DNA of 64,000 bases from positions 167,030 through 231,029 of the forward strand of contig CAVQDA010000010.1 of the NCBI GenBank assembly GCA_963711145.1, given 5' to 3'. This document shows, piece by piece, positions 21,483 through 33,260 of this stretch. Source of the DNA: an uncultured Actinomycetota bacterium. Its GTDB lineage: Bacteria > Actinomycetota > Actinomycetes > Frankiales > Frankiaceae. Each line of letters opens with the position of its first letter. Position 1 is the stretch's first letter. The notes under the pieces are model-generated. The model had not been told where the DNA came from. It ran no database searches and saw nothing but the letters and a program-made list of their open reading frames with translations. Made by a program: the position numbers and the translations under genes.

Positions 21483-22592
21483 ATGGACTTTTCGCTGTCC
21501 GACGACCAGGAGTCGCTGCGCACGCTGGCGGGCGACATCTTCGGTGACAAGTCGACCCCCGAGCGGGTCGAGGCGGTCGAGAACTCCTCCGAACGTTTCG
21601 ATCGCGACCTCTGGCGAGAGCTGGCGGGCGCCGGGTTGCTCGGGATCGCGCTGCCCGAAGCCTCGGGTGGTGCCGGGCTCGGCCTCGTGGAGCTGGCCCT
21701 GGTGTGCGAGCAGCACGGCCGGGTGGTGGCGCCGATACCGCTGGCGTGGACCACGACGGCGGCGATGGCGATCGCTGCTCACGGCGATGCGGCGCAGCAG
21801 CACTGGGCCGAGGGGGCGGTCGCGGGTGAGGTCGTCCTCACGGGGGTCACGCCGGTCGCCGCCGCGGGGTTGCGCGTCGAGAACGGGACGCTCACCGGTG
21901 AGGTCGCCGGGGTGCCGTACGCCCACGTGGCGGGAGCGATCGTGGTGCCGGTGCGCGGCGAGCTGTACCTGCTCGACCCGGCCGGCCCCGGCGTGACGGT
22001 GCTGCCCGCCATCGCGACTACCCGGGAGATCCACGGCGAGCTGATCCTCGACCACGCGCCGGTCCAGCAGATCGGCAGCGGTGCGGCCGAGTGGTGGGAG
22101 GCGCGGCTGATGGTGGCGCTGGCCGCCACCTCCGCGGGCATCACCGATGCGGCGCTGCGCCAGACGGCGAAGTACACCTCCGAGCGCCTGCAGTTCGACA
22201 AGCCGCTGTCGACGTTTCAGGGGGTCGCGCTGAAGGCGGCTGACGCGTACGTCGACAACGCCGGGATCCGGGCCGCAGTGCTGCAGGCCGCGTGGCGGCT
22301 GGACGCGGCAGACACCTTGGGTACGACGCCGGCGGAGGCGAGCGCGTACGTCCTGACCGCCGCGTGGTGGGCCGCGGAAGCCGGACAGCATTGCGTCCAC
22401 ATCACCCAGCACCTGCACGGCGGGCTCGGGGCCGATACGACGTATCCGATCCACCGCTACTTCCTGTGGGGGAAGTCGATCGAGCTCTACGTCGGTGGTG
22501 CCTCACGCACGCTGGCTCGGCTCGGCGACGTGCTCGTCACCCTCGACGCACCCGGCGACGACATCACGATCCCGGGCTACGCCGTCGGTTGA
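21483..22592 (+). CDS. acyl-CoA dehydrogenase family protein, likely partner subunit of the preceding ACAD
   Basis: MDFSLSDDQESLRTLAGDIFG... with an ACAD C-terminal fold (QHLHGGLGADTTYPIHRYF). ATG 21483 sits inside the longer track ORF. Confidence 0.8.
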   Translation: MDFSLSDDQESLRTLAGDIFGDKSTPERVEAVENSSERFDRDLWRELAGAGLLGIALPEASGGAGLGLVELALVCEQHGRVVAPIPLAWTTTAAMAIAAHGDAAQQHWAEGAVAGEVVLTGVTPVAAAGLRVENGTLTGEVAGVPYAHVAGAIVVPVRGELYLLDPAGPGVTVLPAIATTREIHGELILDHAPVQQIGSGAAEWWEARLMVALAATSAGITDAALRQTAKYTSERLQFDKPLSTFQGVALKAADAYVDNAGIRAAVLQAAWRLDAADTLGTTPAEASAYVLTAAWWAAEAGQHCVHITQHLHGGLGADTTYPIHRYFLWGKSIELYVGGASRTLARLGDVLVTLDAPGDDITIPGYAVG

Positions 22593-22643
22593 CCAGCCAT
22601 TGAGCACACAATCCGCTGCTTTGGCGCACCGGATCGTGCGCGC

Positions 22644-23423
22644 TCAGCTTCCGGTGAACTCCGGCGGCCGGCCCTCGGCGCGGGCGGCGCGCAGTTCGGC
22701 GAAGTCGTCGCTGCGGTTGATGAACGTCTGGTAGATCAGCTCGTCGTGCATCGAGGTGCGAAGCTGCGGGAGCGAGAGGTGGCGGATGACCTCGCGGGCC
22801 ATCTTGACCGTGACGGCGGGTGCCGCAGCGATCCCCTCGGCCATCTCGCGCACGGTCGACTCCAGCGCGTCGGGCTCGACGATCCGGCTGACGATGCCGT
22901 GACCGAGTGCCTCCTGCGCCTGCATCACCCGTCCGGTGAGGACGAGATCGCTGACGACGCCCGGGCCGCACATCTCGTAGAGCACGCCCATCCCGCCGGT
23001 GTCCGGGATGACGCCGTGGGTGAGCTCCGGCAGCCGGAAGCGGGTGCCCTCGGCGGCGACCCGTAGGTCGCACAGCAGCGCCCGCTGGAACGAACCGCCC
23101 ATCACCCAGCCCTTGCACGCGACGATGACCGGCTGGTCCATGTCCCACAGCTGCTGGATGCCGCGATGCCCGCCGCGCATCAGTTCGTGATGGGAGACGG
23201 GCTTGACGTTGGTGCCGATCGACGCGACGTCGCGGCCGGAGGAGAACGACTTGCCCTCGCCCTGCCAGATCACGACGCGAACGTCAGGACGCTGGCGTAG
23301 CTCCGCGAGCGCGGCGAAGAGCTCCGCGTCCATGTCGTCGTCGAACGCGTTGTGCTTGTCGGGGTTGTGATTGGTGATCGTGGCGATCTTGCCGTCGATC
23401 TCCAGGCTCACGTGACCGCTCAT
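22644..23423 (-). CDS. enoyl-CoA hydratase/isomerase family protein
   Basis: Crotonase fold: NHNPDKHNAF and GEGKSFSSGRD. Confidence 0.8.
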   Translation of the reverse strand: MSGHVSLEIDGKIATITNHNPDKHNAFDDDMDAELFAALAELRQRPDVRVVIWQGEGKSFSSGRDVASIGTNVKPVSHHELMRGGHRGIQQLWDMDQPVIVACKGWVMGGSFQRALLCDLRVAAEGTRFRLPELTHGVIPDTGGMGVLYEMCGPGVVSDLVLTGRVMQAQEALGHGIVSRIVEPDALESTVREMAEGIAAAPAVTVKMAREVIRHLSLPQLRTSMHDELIYQTFINRSDDFAELRAARAEGRPPEFTGS

Positions 23424-23442
23424 GACCGGCTCCTCCGTGTTT

Positions 23443-24252
23443 TCAGGCCTCATAGGTGCCGTCGGGGCGCCGCAGCCACCCCGACGCTGCCGAGCTGCCG
23501 CCGTCGACGTGCAGCGTCGTGCCGGTGACGTAACGCGAGAGGTCGCTCGCCAGGAAAAGGGCGGGCCCGGCGCAGTCGTCCTCGTTCCCCCAGCCCATCG
23601 GCACCTTGGGCGCGTACTTCTCGCGTCCGCCCTGCATCGCCTGCTCCCCGAGGCCCTCGTCGCCGGGGGTCGGGATGGCGTCAGGGGCGATCGTGTTGAC
23701 GCGGATGCCGCGGGAGACGAGCTCGAGGGCGAGCGTGCGCGACAGGTGCTCGACGGCGGCCTTCATCGCCCCGTAAATACCGAAGCCCGGGGCGGCGCGG
23801 GTCACTTCCACCGTAGTGACGTTGATGATCGACCCGCCGTTGGTCATGAGCGGAACGCAGCCGCGGACGAAGTGCGTGACGCTGGTGAAGTTCTCGTTCA
23901 CCAACGCGGTCTGGCCACCGGGGGAGACGTCCATGACCGCCGCGTAGAAGCCGCCGCCGGCGTTGTTCACGAGGATGTCGGCGCGCCCGAAACGCTCCTT
24001 GATGGCAGCGCAAAAGGCCTCGACCGCCACCGGGTCCCGGACGTCCATCACGCTCAGCAGCGCGTCGACACCGAACTCGTCGCGAAGCTCGTTCCCGGTC
24101 TGCTCGAGCCCGTCGCCGAGCCGGTCGCACAGCGCGAGCTGCACACCGCACGCGGCGAACGACTGCGCGATGGACTTGCCGATGCCCTGGGCAGCACCGG
24201 TCACCACCCCGACCTTGCCCGTCAGATCCAGTGCACGCGCGTCAGTGACCAC
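23443..24252 (-). CDS. SDR family oxidoreductase
   Basis: VGVVTGAAQGIGK and YGAMKAAV motifs. GTG 24252 chosen as start. Confidence 0.8.
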   Translation of the reverse strand: MVTDARALDLTGKVGVVTGAAQGIGKSIAQSFAACGVQLALCDRLGDGLEQTGNELRDEFGVDALLSVMDVRDPVAVEAFCAAIKERFGRADILVNNAGGGFYAAVMDVSPGGQTALVNENFTSVTHFVRGCVPLMTNGGSIINVTTVEVTRAAPGFGIYGAMKAAVEHLSRTLALELVSRGIRVNTIAPDAIPTPGDEGLGEQAMQGGREKYAPKVPMGWGNEDDCAGPALFLASDLSRYVTGTTLHVDGGSSAASGWLRRPDGTYEA

Positions 24253-24267
24253 GGCGCCGGACGATAG

Positions 24268-24282
24268 CTGACCCGCCGTCAG
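24268..24282. promoter_or_regulatory. CTGAC-N5-GTCAG palindrome 16 nt upstream of the SDR start, overlapping the methyltransferase stop
   Basis: CTGACccgccGTCAG is the third perfect copy of this core in the window. Confidence 0.45.
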
Positions 24283-24917
24283 CCGCTCGACTCGGGGCGC
24301 GCCACGACCCGCAGCGAGCCGGTCTGGGCCCACGGGAGGAAACCCTCAGCCACCGCGCGCTCCCAGACGTGGAACGGCGCCTGCCCGCCGTCCGCGGGAT
24401 CGGGGAAGACGTCGTGGATCACCAGCAAGCCGCCGGGGCGCACGTGATGGACCCAGGCGTCGTAGTCGGCCTGGGCCTGCTCCTCGGTGTGGCCACCATC
24501 CAGGAAGAGGAACGCCAGCGGGGTCGACCAGCACGCTCCGACCAGCTGCGAGCGGCCCACGATGGGAACGACGACGTCCTCCACGCCGGCGTCGTACAGG
24601 TTGCGGCGCAGCTCCGGCAAGGTGTCGAGCCGGCGGGAGTGCGGATCGACCAGTGTCGGGTCGTGCCACTCCCAGCCTGGCTGGTTCTCCTCGGAGCCGA
24701 TGTGATGGTCGACCGTGACGACCGTGCCGCTGCCGGCCTCCCGCACCGCGGCGGCCAGGTAGAGCGTCGACTTGCCGCAGTAGGTGCCGACCTCGCCCAG
24801 CACCCCGTCAGGGAAGCGCTTCACCGCCTCGACGGCAGCCTCGAACAGGGCCGTCCCCTCGTCGCTGGGCATGAAGCCCTTGGCGTTCTCGGCAGCGCGG
24901 CGCAGCGTGTCATCCAC
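24279..24917 (-). CDS. class I SAM-dependent methyltransferase
   Basis: Only the C-terminal ~210 codons of the 728-aa track ORF look protein-like (EVGTYCGKSTLYLAAA SAM motif I). Start is GTG 24917 or ATG 24872. Confidence 0.65.
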   Translation of the reverse strand: MDDTLRRAAENAKGFMPSDEGTALFEAAVEAVKRFPDGVLGEVGTYCGKSTLYLAAAVREAGSGTVVTVDHHIGSEENQPGWEWHDPTLVDPHSRRLDTLPELRRNLYDAGVEDVVVPIVGRSQLVGACWSTPLAFLFLDGGHTEEQAQADYDAWVHHVRPGGLLVIHDVFPDPADGGQAPFHVWERAVAEGFLPWAQTGSLRVVARPESSG

Positions 24918-24943
24918 GAAGGCCAGCTTTCCACAGCCCGCGT

Positions 24944-24957
24944 TGCAACTCGTTACA
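24944..24957. promoter_or_regulatory. KstR-type operator candidate in the 48-bp divergent gap between the methyltransferase and DUF35 genes
   Basis: TGCAACTCGTTACA matches all specified positions of the published KstR consensus TnnAACnnGTTnnA. Confidence 0.5.
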
Positions 24958-24965
24958 GTTCTGCC

Positions 24966-25452
24966 ATGACCAATGCTCAGGTGCCCGCGGTGGAGGGCTG
25001 GTTCACCAGCCAAGGACCCGGCGGGGTGCCGGCGCTGCTCGGGAGCCGCTGCACGTCCTGCGGCACGTTGTCCTTCCCGAAGGCGACGATGTTCTGCCCC
25101 AACCCGGCGTGCACCGGCAGCGAGTTCGATGAGGTTCCGCTCTCGACCCGCGGCCGGGTGTGGAGCTACACCGACGCCCGCTACAAGCCGCCGCCGCCCT
25201 ACGTGCCGACGAGTGACCCGTTCGAGCCGTTCGCGATCGTCGCGGTCGAGCTGGAGGCCGAGAAGATCGTCGTGCTCGGCCAGGTGGTGCCCGGCGTGAG
25301 CGTCGATGACCTGCGCATCGGCATGGAGGTGGAGCTCGTGGTCGACACGCTGCTCACGGAGACGGCTGACGACGGCAGCAGAGGTCGAGCAGACCGTGTG
25401 GAAGTGGAGCCCGGTGGACTCCGCGACGCTGGACGGGGAGGTGGCGGCATGA
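24966..25452 (+). pseudogene. DUF35/OB-fold protein with a +1 frame break near its 3-prime end (about 25368-25378)
   Basis: N-terminus in the frame of ATG 24966 (CTSCGTLSFP zinc ribbon). The family-typical tail ...TVWKWSPVDSATLDGEVAA* ends at TGA 25450-25452 in the +1 frame. Confidence 0.7.
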
Positions 25453-26649
25453 GTTCCGACCGCCGGGTCGCTGTCATGGGCGCGGGCATGCACCCGTGGG
25501 GCAAGTGGGGGCGCAACTTCGTCGAGTACGGCGTGGTCGCCGCCCGGGCCGCGCTTGCCGATGCCGGGATCGCCTGGAGCGACGTGCAATTCGTCGCCGG
25601 CGCCGACACGATTCGCAACGGTTACCCGGGCTTCGTCTCCGGTGCCACCTTCGCTCAGGCGCTGGGGTGGACGGGGGCGAGCGTCTCCAGTTCGTACGCG
25701 GCCTGCGCCAGCGGAGCGGCGGCGATCGCCAGCGCACGCGCGCAGATCCTCGCCGGCCTGTGTGACGTCGCCCTCGTCGTCGGTGCCGACACCACGCCCA
25801 AGGGCTTCTTCGCCCCCGTGGGCGGCGAGCGCAAGGACGACCCGGACTGGCTGCGCTTCCGGCTGATCGGCGCCTCGAATCCGGTCTACTTCGCGCTCTA
25901 CGCGCGGCGCCGGATGGAGCTCTTCGGCGCCACCGAGGAGGACTTCGCTCAGGTCAAGGTCAAGAACGCCCGCCACGGCGTGAAGAACCCGTACGCCCGC
26001 TACCGCGCCGAGGTCACGGTCGAGGACGTGCTCGCGTCGCCGATGGTGAGCGATCCGCTGCGGCTGCTGAACATTTGCGCCACCTCCGACGGTGCCGCCG
26101 CGCTCGTGCTCACGAGCGTCGAGTACGCCCGGGCCCACGGGCTCGGCGATTCCGGTACCCCGCTCGTCGGCATCGACGCGGTCTCGACCGTGACCCCGAC
26201 GTTCCCCAATCCCGTCATCGAGATGCCCAACTTCGCCACGGATGCCGGCGACGCTACGGGCCCGAGCTTCCGTGACTCGATCGCGTTGCGGGCGTACGAG
26301 CAGGCCGGGGTGAGCCCGCAGGACGTCGACGTCGCCGAGGTCTACGACCTGTCCAGCGCGCTGGAACTCGACTGGTACGAGAACATCGGCCTGTGCGCGA
26401 CCGGCGAGGCGGAGAAGCCTGCTGCGGACCGGAGCCACCGCTCTCGGCGGGCGGGTGCCGGTCAACCCTTCCGGAGGGCTGTCGTGCTTCGGCGAGGCGA
26501 TCCCGGCGCAGGCGATCGCGCAGGTGTGTGAGCTGGTGTGGCAGCTGCGCGGGCAGGCGGGTGACCGTCAGGTCGAGGGCGCCGCGCTCGGGATCACCGC
26601 CAACCAGGGGCTGTTCGGTAACGCGTCGTCGGTGATCGTCAGCCGCTGA
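25449..26649 (+). pseudogene. thiolase-like lipid-transfer protein (Ltp type) with a +1 frame break at about 26418
   Basis: The frame of ATG 25449 reads to ...CATGEAEK. The tail LLRTGATALGGRVPVNPSGGLSCFGE...SVIVSR* continues in the +1 frame (track ORF 26455..26649). Confidence 0.75.
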
Positions 26650-26683
26650 CCCTGGCATCGCGCCGGTGGAGCGGGGCGTGCCA

Positions 26684-26697
26684 AGCAAGCGCTTGGG
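26684..26697. promoter_or_regulatory. KstR2-type operator candidate directly upstream of the kstR2-like gene
   Basis: AGCAAGCGCTTGGG matches 9 of 10 specified positions of AnCAAGnnCTTGnT and sits within the CCAAGC..GCTTGG palindrome. Confidence 0.45.
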
Positions 26698-26712
26698 CGG
26701 CATACTCGCGGG

Positions 26713-27379
26713 GTGACTGTGCGCACTGTCGGCTCGGACGCGCCCCTCGCCTCCCTCCGAGCGCCGCGCGGCACTGGTGGCGCTGGCGGCCGAGCTCTTC
26801 GCTGAGCGGGGCTACCGGGCCACCACCGTGCGCGAGATCGCCGAAGCCGCCGGCGTGCTGTCGGGGAGCCTGTACCACCACTTCGACTCCAAGGAGTCGA
26901 TCATCGATGAGCTGCTTTCCAGCTACCTCGACGAGTTGCTCGCGCAGTACCGGGCGATCGTCTCCGAGGGCGGCAGCAGCATCGAGGTCCTCGGCCGGCT
27001 GGTGCAGGCGGCGTTCAGCTCGTTCGACCGGCATCGAGCCGCCATCACGGTGTTTCAGAACGAGCGCCAGTACCTGCTGAACTTCCCGCGGTTCAGCTAC
27101 CTGGCCAAGTCGGAGCAGGCCGTCAGCCGGATCTGGATGAAGGTCATCCGTGAGGGGATCTCCAGCGGGGAGCTGCGAGCCGATCTCGACCCGAAGCTGG
27201 CCCACCGTTACATCCGTGACGCGATCTGGGTGGCGGTGCGCTGGTACCGGCCCGGGCGGGCGGCTGTCGTCCAGCCAGCTGGCCGAGCAGTACCTGACGC
27301 TCATGCTGGACGGAATGCGTACGCCCCCGGGCAGCGGTTCCAGGAGACCGCCCAGCGAACCAAGCGCTCGCTCGGGTAA
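26713..27379 (+). pseudogene. TetR-family repressor resembling KstR2, with at least two +1 frame breaks (about 26772 and 27257)
   Basis: LVALAAELFAERGYRATTVREIAEAAGVLSGSLYHHF...VAVRWYRPG in the middle frame. The N-terminus from GTG 26713 and the tail GRLSSSQLAEQYLTLMLDG lie in other frames. The true 3-prime end is uncertain. Confidence 0.65.
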
Positions 27380-27428
27380 CCTCGAACGCGCCACATTCGC
27401 TGGCAGAATCAGCCGGGAGGTGCAGCTC

Positions 27429-28607
<1,179 letters not shown>

Positions 28608-28610
28608 CCC

Positions 28611-29771
28611 GTGGATCTGACGCTCACCCCGCAGGAGGAGAGCTTCCGGGCCGCCGCCCGTGAGTGGCTCGAGGCGCACGTGCCGGCCAAGCCCCTGCCC
28701 TCACTCGACACGCAGGAGGGCTTCGAGGCACACCGCGCGCTGGGAGCACGAGCTTCACGCCGGCGGATGGGCGGTCGTCTCCTGGCCCGAGGAGTACGGC
28801 GGCAAGTCGGCCTCACTCGTCGAGTGGCTGATCTTCGAGGAGGAGTACTACCGGGTCGGTGCACCCCGCCGGGTCGGGCAGAACGGCATCTTCCTGCTGG
28901 CCCCGACGATCTTCGAGTTCGGCTCGCAGGAGCAGCAGCGAGCGGATCCTGCCGCGCATGGCGTGCGGTGACGACATCTGGTCGCAGGCCTGGTCGGAGC
29001 CTGGCGCCGGAAGCGACCTCGCGGCGATCCGCAGCACCGCGCGAAAGGTCGACGGTGGTTGGGTCCTGAACGGGCAGAAGACCTGGAGCACCCGTGCGGT
29101 GTTCGCTGACTGGGCGTTCGGACTGTTCCGTTCCGACCCGGAGGCGCCCCGGCATGCGGGGCTCACGTACTACCTGTTCCCGCTGTCGGCGAAGGGGGTC
29201 ACGGTGCGCCCGATCCGCCAGCTCGACGGCGAGGCCGGGTTCGCCGAGATCTTCTGTGACGACGTCTTCGTCCCCGACCAGGACGTGCTGGGAACGCCCG
29301 GTTCGGGGTGGAAGGTCGCGATGTCGACCACCGGCTCCGAGCGGGGCCTCACGTTGCGCAGCCCCGGACGGTTCCTGGCCTCCGCCGATCGGCTCGCCGC
29401 GCTGTGCCGGCGCGAAGGCGAGCGCGTCGACCCGACCCTGCGTGCTGATGTCGCGCAGGCCTGGATCGACGCCGAGGCATACCGGCTCTACACGTTCGGC
29501 ACGGTCGGCCGGATGCTGGCGGGCGAGAGCGTCGGCGCCGAATCGAGCCTGAACAAGCTCTTCTGGTCCGAGCTCGACATCGACATCACCCAGACGGCGC
29601 TGCGGCTGCTCGGCCCGCGCGGGGTGCTCGGCGCCGATGCGCCCGACGTCGAGGGCCAGTGGCTCGCCGACTTCCTCTTCGCGCTCGCCGGCCCGATCTA
29701 CGCGGGCACGAACGAGATCCAGCGCAACGTCGTCGCCGAGCGCGTCCTGCAAGCTTCCCAAGGGGGCGTGA
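28611..29771 (+). pseudogene. acyl-CoA dehydrogenase with three +1 frame breaks (about 28740, 28939, 29750)
   Basis: Pieces VDLTLTPQEESFRAAAREWL...EAHRA / WEHELHAGGWAVVSWPEEYGG...GSQEQQ / ERILPRMACGDDIWSQAWSEPGAGSD...AERVL / KLPKGA* in successive frames. Confidence 0.8.
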
Positions 29772-30752
29772 TGCGCTTCGGGTTCACCGCCGATCAGCGC
29801 GAGCTGGCCGGGGCGGTACGCGAGATCCTGGCGTCCGAGCTGACCCCTGCGGCGCGGGCCAGCGGGAGCGAGGCCGGCGGGGCGGCGCGGCTCGGTGTGG
29901 AAGGCGCTGTCCGAGGCCGGCGTCTTCGGCTTGCTGGTGCCGGAGGAGCGCGGCGGTCTGGGGCTGACCGAGCTCGACTCCGTGCTCGTCCTCGAGGAGC
30001 TCGGACACGCCGCCGTCGCGGGTCCCGTCGCCGAGACGGCGTTCATCTGCGCGCCGTTGCTCGTGGACCGGCCCGGGATCGCTGATGGCGCGGTCGCCGC
30101 CGTGGCTGCGGAGATCGGCGGCTACCTGCCGGACGCTGACGTCGCCGATGTGCTGATCCTCGTCGAGGGCGAGCAGGCCCGGGTGACCGGTGCCGATGGC
30201 GAGCTGAGCCGCCAGCCGACGGTCGATCCGAGCCGGCCGCTGTTCTCGCTTCCCGCGCCTGCTGGCGAGTTCCTCGACGGTGAAGCGGTCGCGGCGCTGC
30301 GCGACCGCGCGGTGCTCGCGTCCGCCGCCCAGCTCGTCGGGGCCGCGCAGCACCTGCTCGACGCGGCAGTCGCGTACGCCAAGACCCGCAAGCAGTTCGG
30401 CCGCGAGATCGGTTCGTTCCAGGCGCTCAAGCATCAGCTCGCCGACCTGATGCTGGCCGTCGAGTTCGCCCGCCCGCTGGTCTACCGCGCGGCGTACTCG
30501 CTTACCGAGGGCAAGACCACCGCCTCGCGTGACGTCTCCGCGGCCAAGGTCAACGCGGCGCAGGCCGGTGAACATGCCGCCCGCACGGCGATCCAGGTAC
30601 ACGGCGCCATCGGCTACACCGACGAGCTCGACCTGCAGTACTGGCTCAAGCGCGTCTGGTGGCTCGTCCCGTCCTGGGGTGACGCGTACCACCACCGCGC
30701 CCTGGTCGCCGCCGCCGTCATCGACGATGGCGCGACCGCCCGTACCCCCTGA
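29771..30752 (+). pseudogene. acyl-CoA dehydrogenase family protein with one +1 frame break (between 29842 and 29895)
   Basis: MRFGFTADQRELAGAVREILASELTPAA... then WKALSEAGVFGLLVPEERGGLGL...IQVHGAIGYTDE... in the +1 frame (track ORF 29895..30752). Confidence 0.75.
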
Positions 30753-30758
30753 GAGGGT

Positions 30759-31970
30759 CTAGCGGAGGCGCTCCACGATCATCGCCATGCCCTGGCCGCC
30801 GCCGACGCACATCGTCTCGAGCCCGATCGTGCCGTCCGTGGTGGCGAGCCCGTTCAGCAGCGTGGTCATGATGCGAGCGCCGGTCATGCCGAAGGGGTGG
30901 CCGACGGCGATCGCCCCGCCGTGCACGTTCAGCTTGTCCTCGGGGATCCCGAGCTGGCGTGCCGACGGGAGCACCTGAGCCGCGAACGCCTCGTTGATCT
31001 CCACGAGGTCGATGTCGCCGATCGTCATGCCCGCGCGGGCGAGCGCTTGCCGGCTCGCGTCGACCGGGCCCAGGCCCATGATCTCCGGGTCGAGCGCCGA
31101 GACGCCCGAGGAGATGATGCGGGCGAGCGGGGTGATCCCGAGTTCGCGGGCGCGGCTGTCGCTCATGACGATGACTGCCGCGGCGCCGTCGTTCAGCGGG
31201 CACGCGTTGCCGGCCGTGACCTTGCCGTCAGGGCGGAAGACCGGCTTGAGGTCGGCGAGCTTCTCGGCCGTGGTGCTCGGGCGAGGGCAGTCGTCGCGGT
31301 CGATGACGGTGCCGTCCGGCAGCGTGACGGGAGTGATCTCGCGGGCCCAGAATCCGTTCTCCTGCGAGGCGCCTGCGCGCTGCTGGGAGAGGGCCGCGAA
31401 AGCGTCCATGTCCGCGCGGGAGACGTTCTCGAGCTCGGCGACGTTCTCCGCCGTCTGCCCCATGGCGACGTAGATGTCGGGCAGCCCTGCAATGGGCGCC
31501 CAGGTGCCGCCGTCGCCGAGCAACCGGCTTTCCGTCCGCGATTCGGCCGCCCCGAAGCGCGGGTTGTGCGACCCCGGGGCTCCGTCGGCGCGGCCGATCC
31601 CGAAGCGGCTCACGCACTCGACGCCGGCGGCAATGAACGCGTCGCCCTCCCCGGCCTTGATCGCATGCGCCACAATCCGGATGGCGGCCAGCGAGGACGA
31701 GCAGTACCGGTTGATCGTGAGGCCGGGCACCGTCGGCAGATCCGCCAGCAGGCCGACGACGCGAGCCATGTTGTAGCCCTGCTCACCGGCCGGTTGCGCG
31801 CAGCCGAGGACAAGGTCGTCGAACGCGGTCGGGTCGAGCTCGGGGACCTGCGCGCACGCGGCGCGCACCATCGAGGCGGCCAGATCGTCAGGCCGCAGTT
31901 CCGTCATCGTTCCCTTCTGCGCGCGGCCGATCGGGCTGCGCGTGGCGGCGACAATGACGGCTTCGGTCAT
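30759..31970 (-). CDS. acetyl-CoA C-acyltransferase (thiolase), intact
   Basis: [47 protein letters not shown] and CVGGGQG. Confidence 0.9.
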   Translation of the reverse strand: MTEAVIVAATRSPIGRAQKGTMTELRPDDLAASMVRAACAQVPELDPTAFDDLVLGCAQPAGEQGYNMARVVGLLADLPTVPGLTINRYCSSSLAAIRIVAHAIKAGEGDAFIAAGVECVSRFGIGRADGAPGSHNPRFGAAESRTESRLLGDGGTWAPIAGLPDIYVAMGQTAENVAELENVSRADMDAFAALSQQRAGASQENGFWAREITPVTLPDGTVIDRDDCPRPSTTAEKLADLKPVFRPDGKVTAGNACPLNDGAAAVIVMSDSRARELGITPLARIISSGVSALDPEIMGLGPVDASRQALARAGMTIGDIDLVEINEAFAAQVLPSARQLGIPEDKLNVHGGAIAVGHPFGMTGARIMTTLLNGLATTDGTIGLETMCVGGGQGMAMIVERLR

Positions 31971-31997
31971 GACCTGTCCTCTGTTGAGCTTCCCGGG

Positions 31998-32017
31998 AAC
32001 CAAGCACTTGCTTGGTT
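31998..32017. promoter_or_regulatory. 20-bp palindrome containing a KstR2-type operator, in the divergent thiolase/ACAD promoter region
   Basis: AACCAAGCA-CT-TGCTTGGTT has perfect 9-bp arms. The embedded ACCAAGCACTTGCT matches AnCAAGnnCTTGnT fully. Confidence 0.6.
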
Positions 32018-32077
32018 GTCAGGGTAGGAGCGGACAGGCCGCGAGTCAAAACAGGGACCCCAGGTACGTTCATCGCT

Positions 32078-33260
32078 ATGGATCTGCGCGAGAGCGCGAA
32101 GGAGCACGCCTTCCGCGCCGAGGTGCGCGAGTGGCTCGAGGCCAACCTGACCGGCACTTTTGCCGACGCGCGCGGGCTCGGGGGACCGGGCCGCGAGCAC
32201 GAGGCGTTCGAGGTGCGGGCCGAGTGGGAGCGTCACCTCGCGGCCGCGGGTTGGACCTGCCTGGGCTGGCCCGTCGAGCATGGCGGACGCGGGCTCGACC
32301 TTCGCCATCAGGTGATCTTTCACGAGGAGTACGCGCGTTCTGACGCGCCGGTGCGGGTCGGGCTGATCGGTGAGGGCATGGTCGGGCCGACCCTGATGGC
32401 CTTCGGCACCGACGAGCAGCGGGCCCGGCTGCTGCCCCCGATCCAGCGCGGCGAAGAGCTTTGGTGCCAGCTCTACTCCGAACCGAATGCCGGCTCCGAC
32501 CTGGCCAACGTCGCGACCCGGGCGGTACGCGACGGCGACGATTACGTCGTCAGCGGGCAGAAGGTCTGGACCTCGCTCGCGCACTGGGCCGACTGGGGTT
32601 TCGCGATCGTGCGGACCGAACCCGGCTCCAAGCGGCACCGCGGCCTGTCGTACCTGCTGATCCCGATGCGTGAGCCGGGCATCGAGCTGCGCCCGATCAT
32701 CCAGGCGACCGGCACGTCGGAGTTCAACGAGGTCTTCTTCGACGGCGCCCGCTCGTCGGTCACCAACCTGGTCGGCTCGGAAGGCGACGGCTGGAAGATC
32801 GGCATGGCGACGCTCGGCTTCGAGCGCGGGTCGATGACCCTCGGCCAGCAGGTCGGCTTCCGCCGCGAGCTCGAGCGGATCATCGAGCTGGCCCAGCGCA
32901 ACGGCGCCGCCGAGCACCCCGACATCCGTGACCGGCTTTCCCGGGCCTGGATCGGCGTCGAGATCATGCGGCTCAACGCCTTGCGCACCCTCTCCACGTC
33001 GGAGCCGCGACTTCGAAAGAACGGCGTCCATCGGCAAGCTGTACTGGTCCACCTGGCACCAGGAGCTCGGCGAGCTCGCCATGGACGTCCTCGGGATGAG
33101 CGCGACGGTCGTCGAGGCGCCGCCGTACGAGCTGCGTCCTGAACAGTCGCTCTTCCTGTTCAGCCGGTCCGACACGATCTACGCCGGGTCGAGCGAGATC
33201 CAGCGCAACATCATCGCCGAGCGCTCGCTCGGCCTGCCCAAGGAGCCCACCGGTGCCTAG
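32078..33260 (+). pseudogene. acyl-CoA dehydrogenase with one +1 frame break at about 33008
   Basis: MDLRESAKEHAFRAEVREWL...YSEPNAGSDL...MRLNALRTLSTSEP, then DFERTASIGKLYWSTWHQ...IIAERSLGLPKEPTGA* in the +1 frame (track ORF 32928..33260). Confidence 0.8.
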
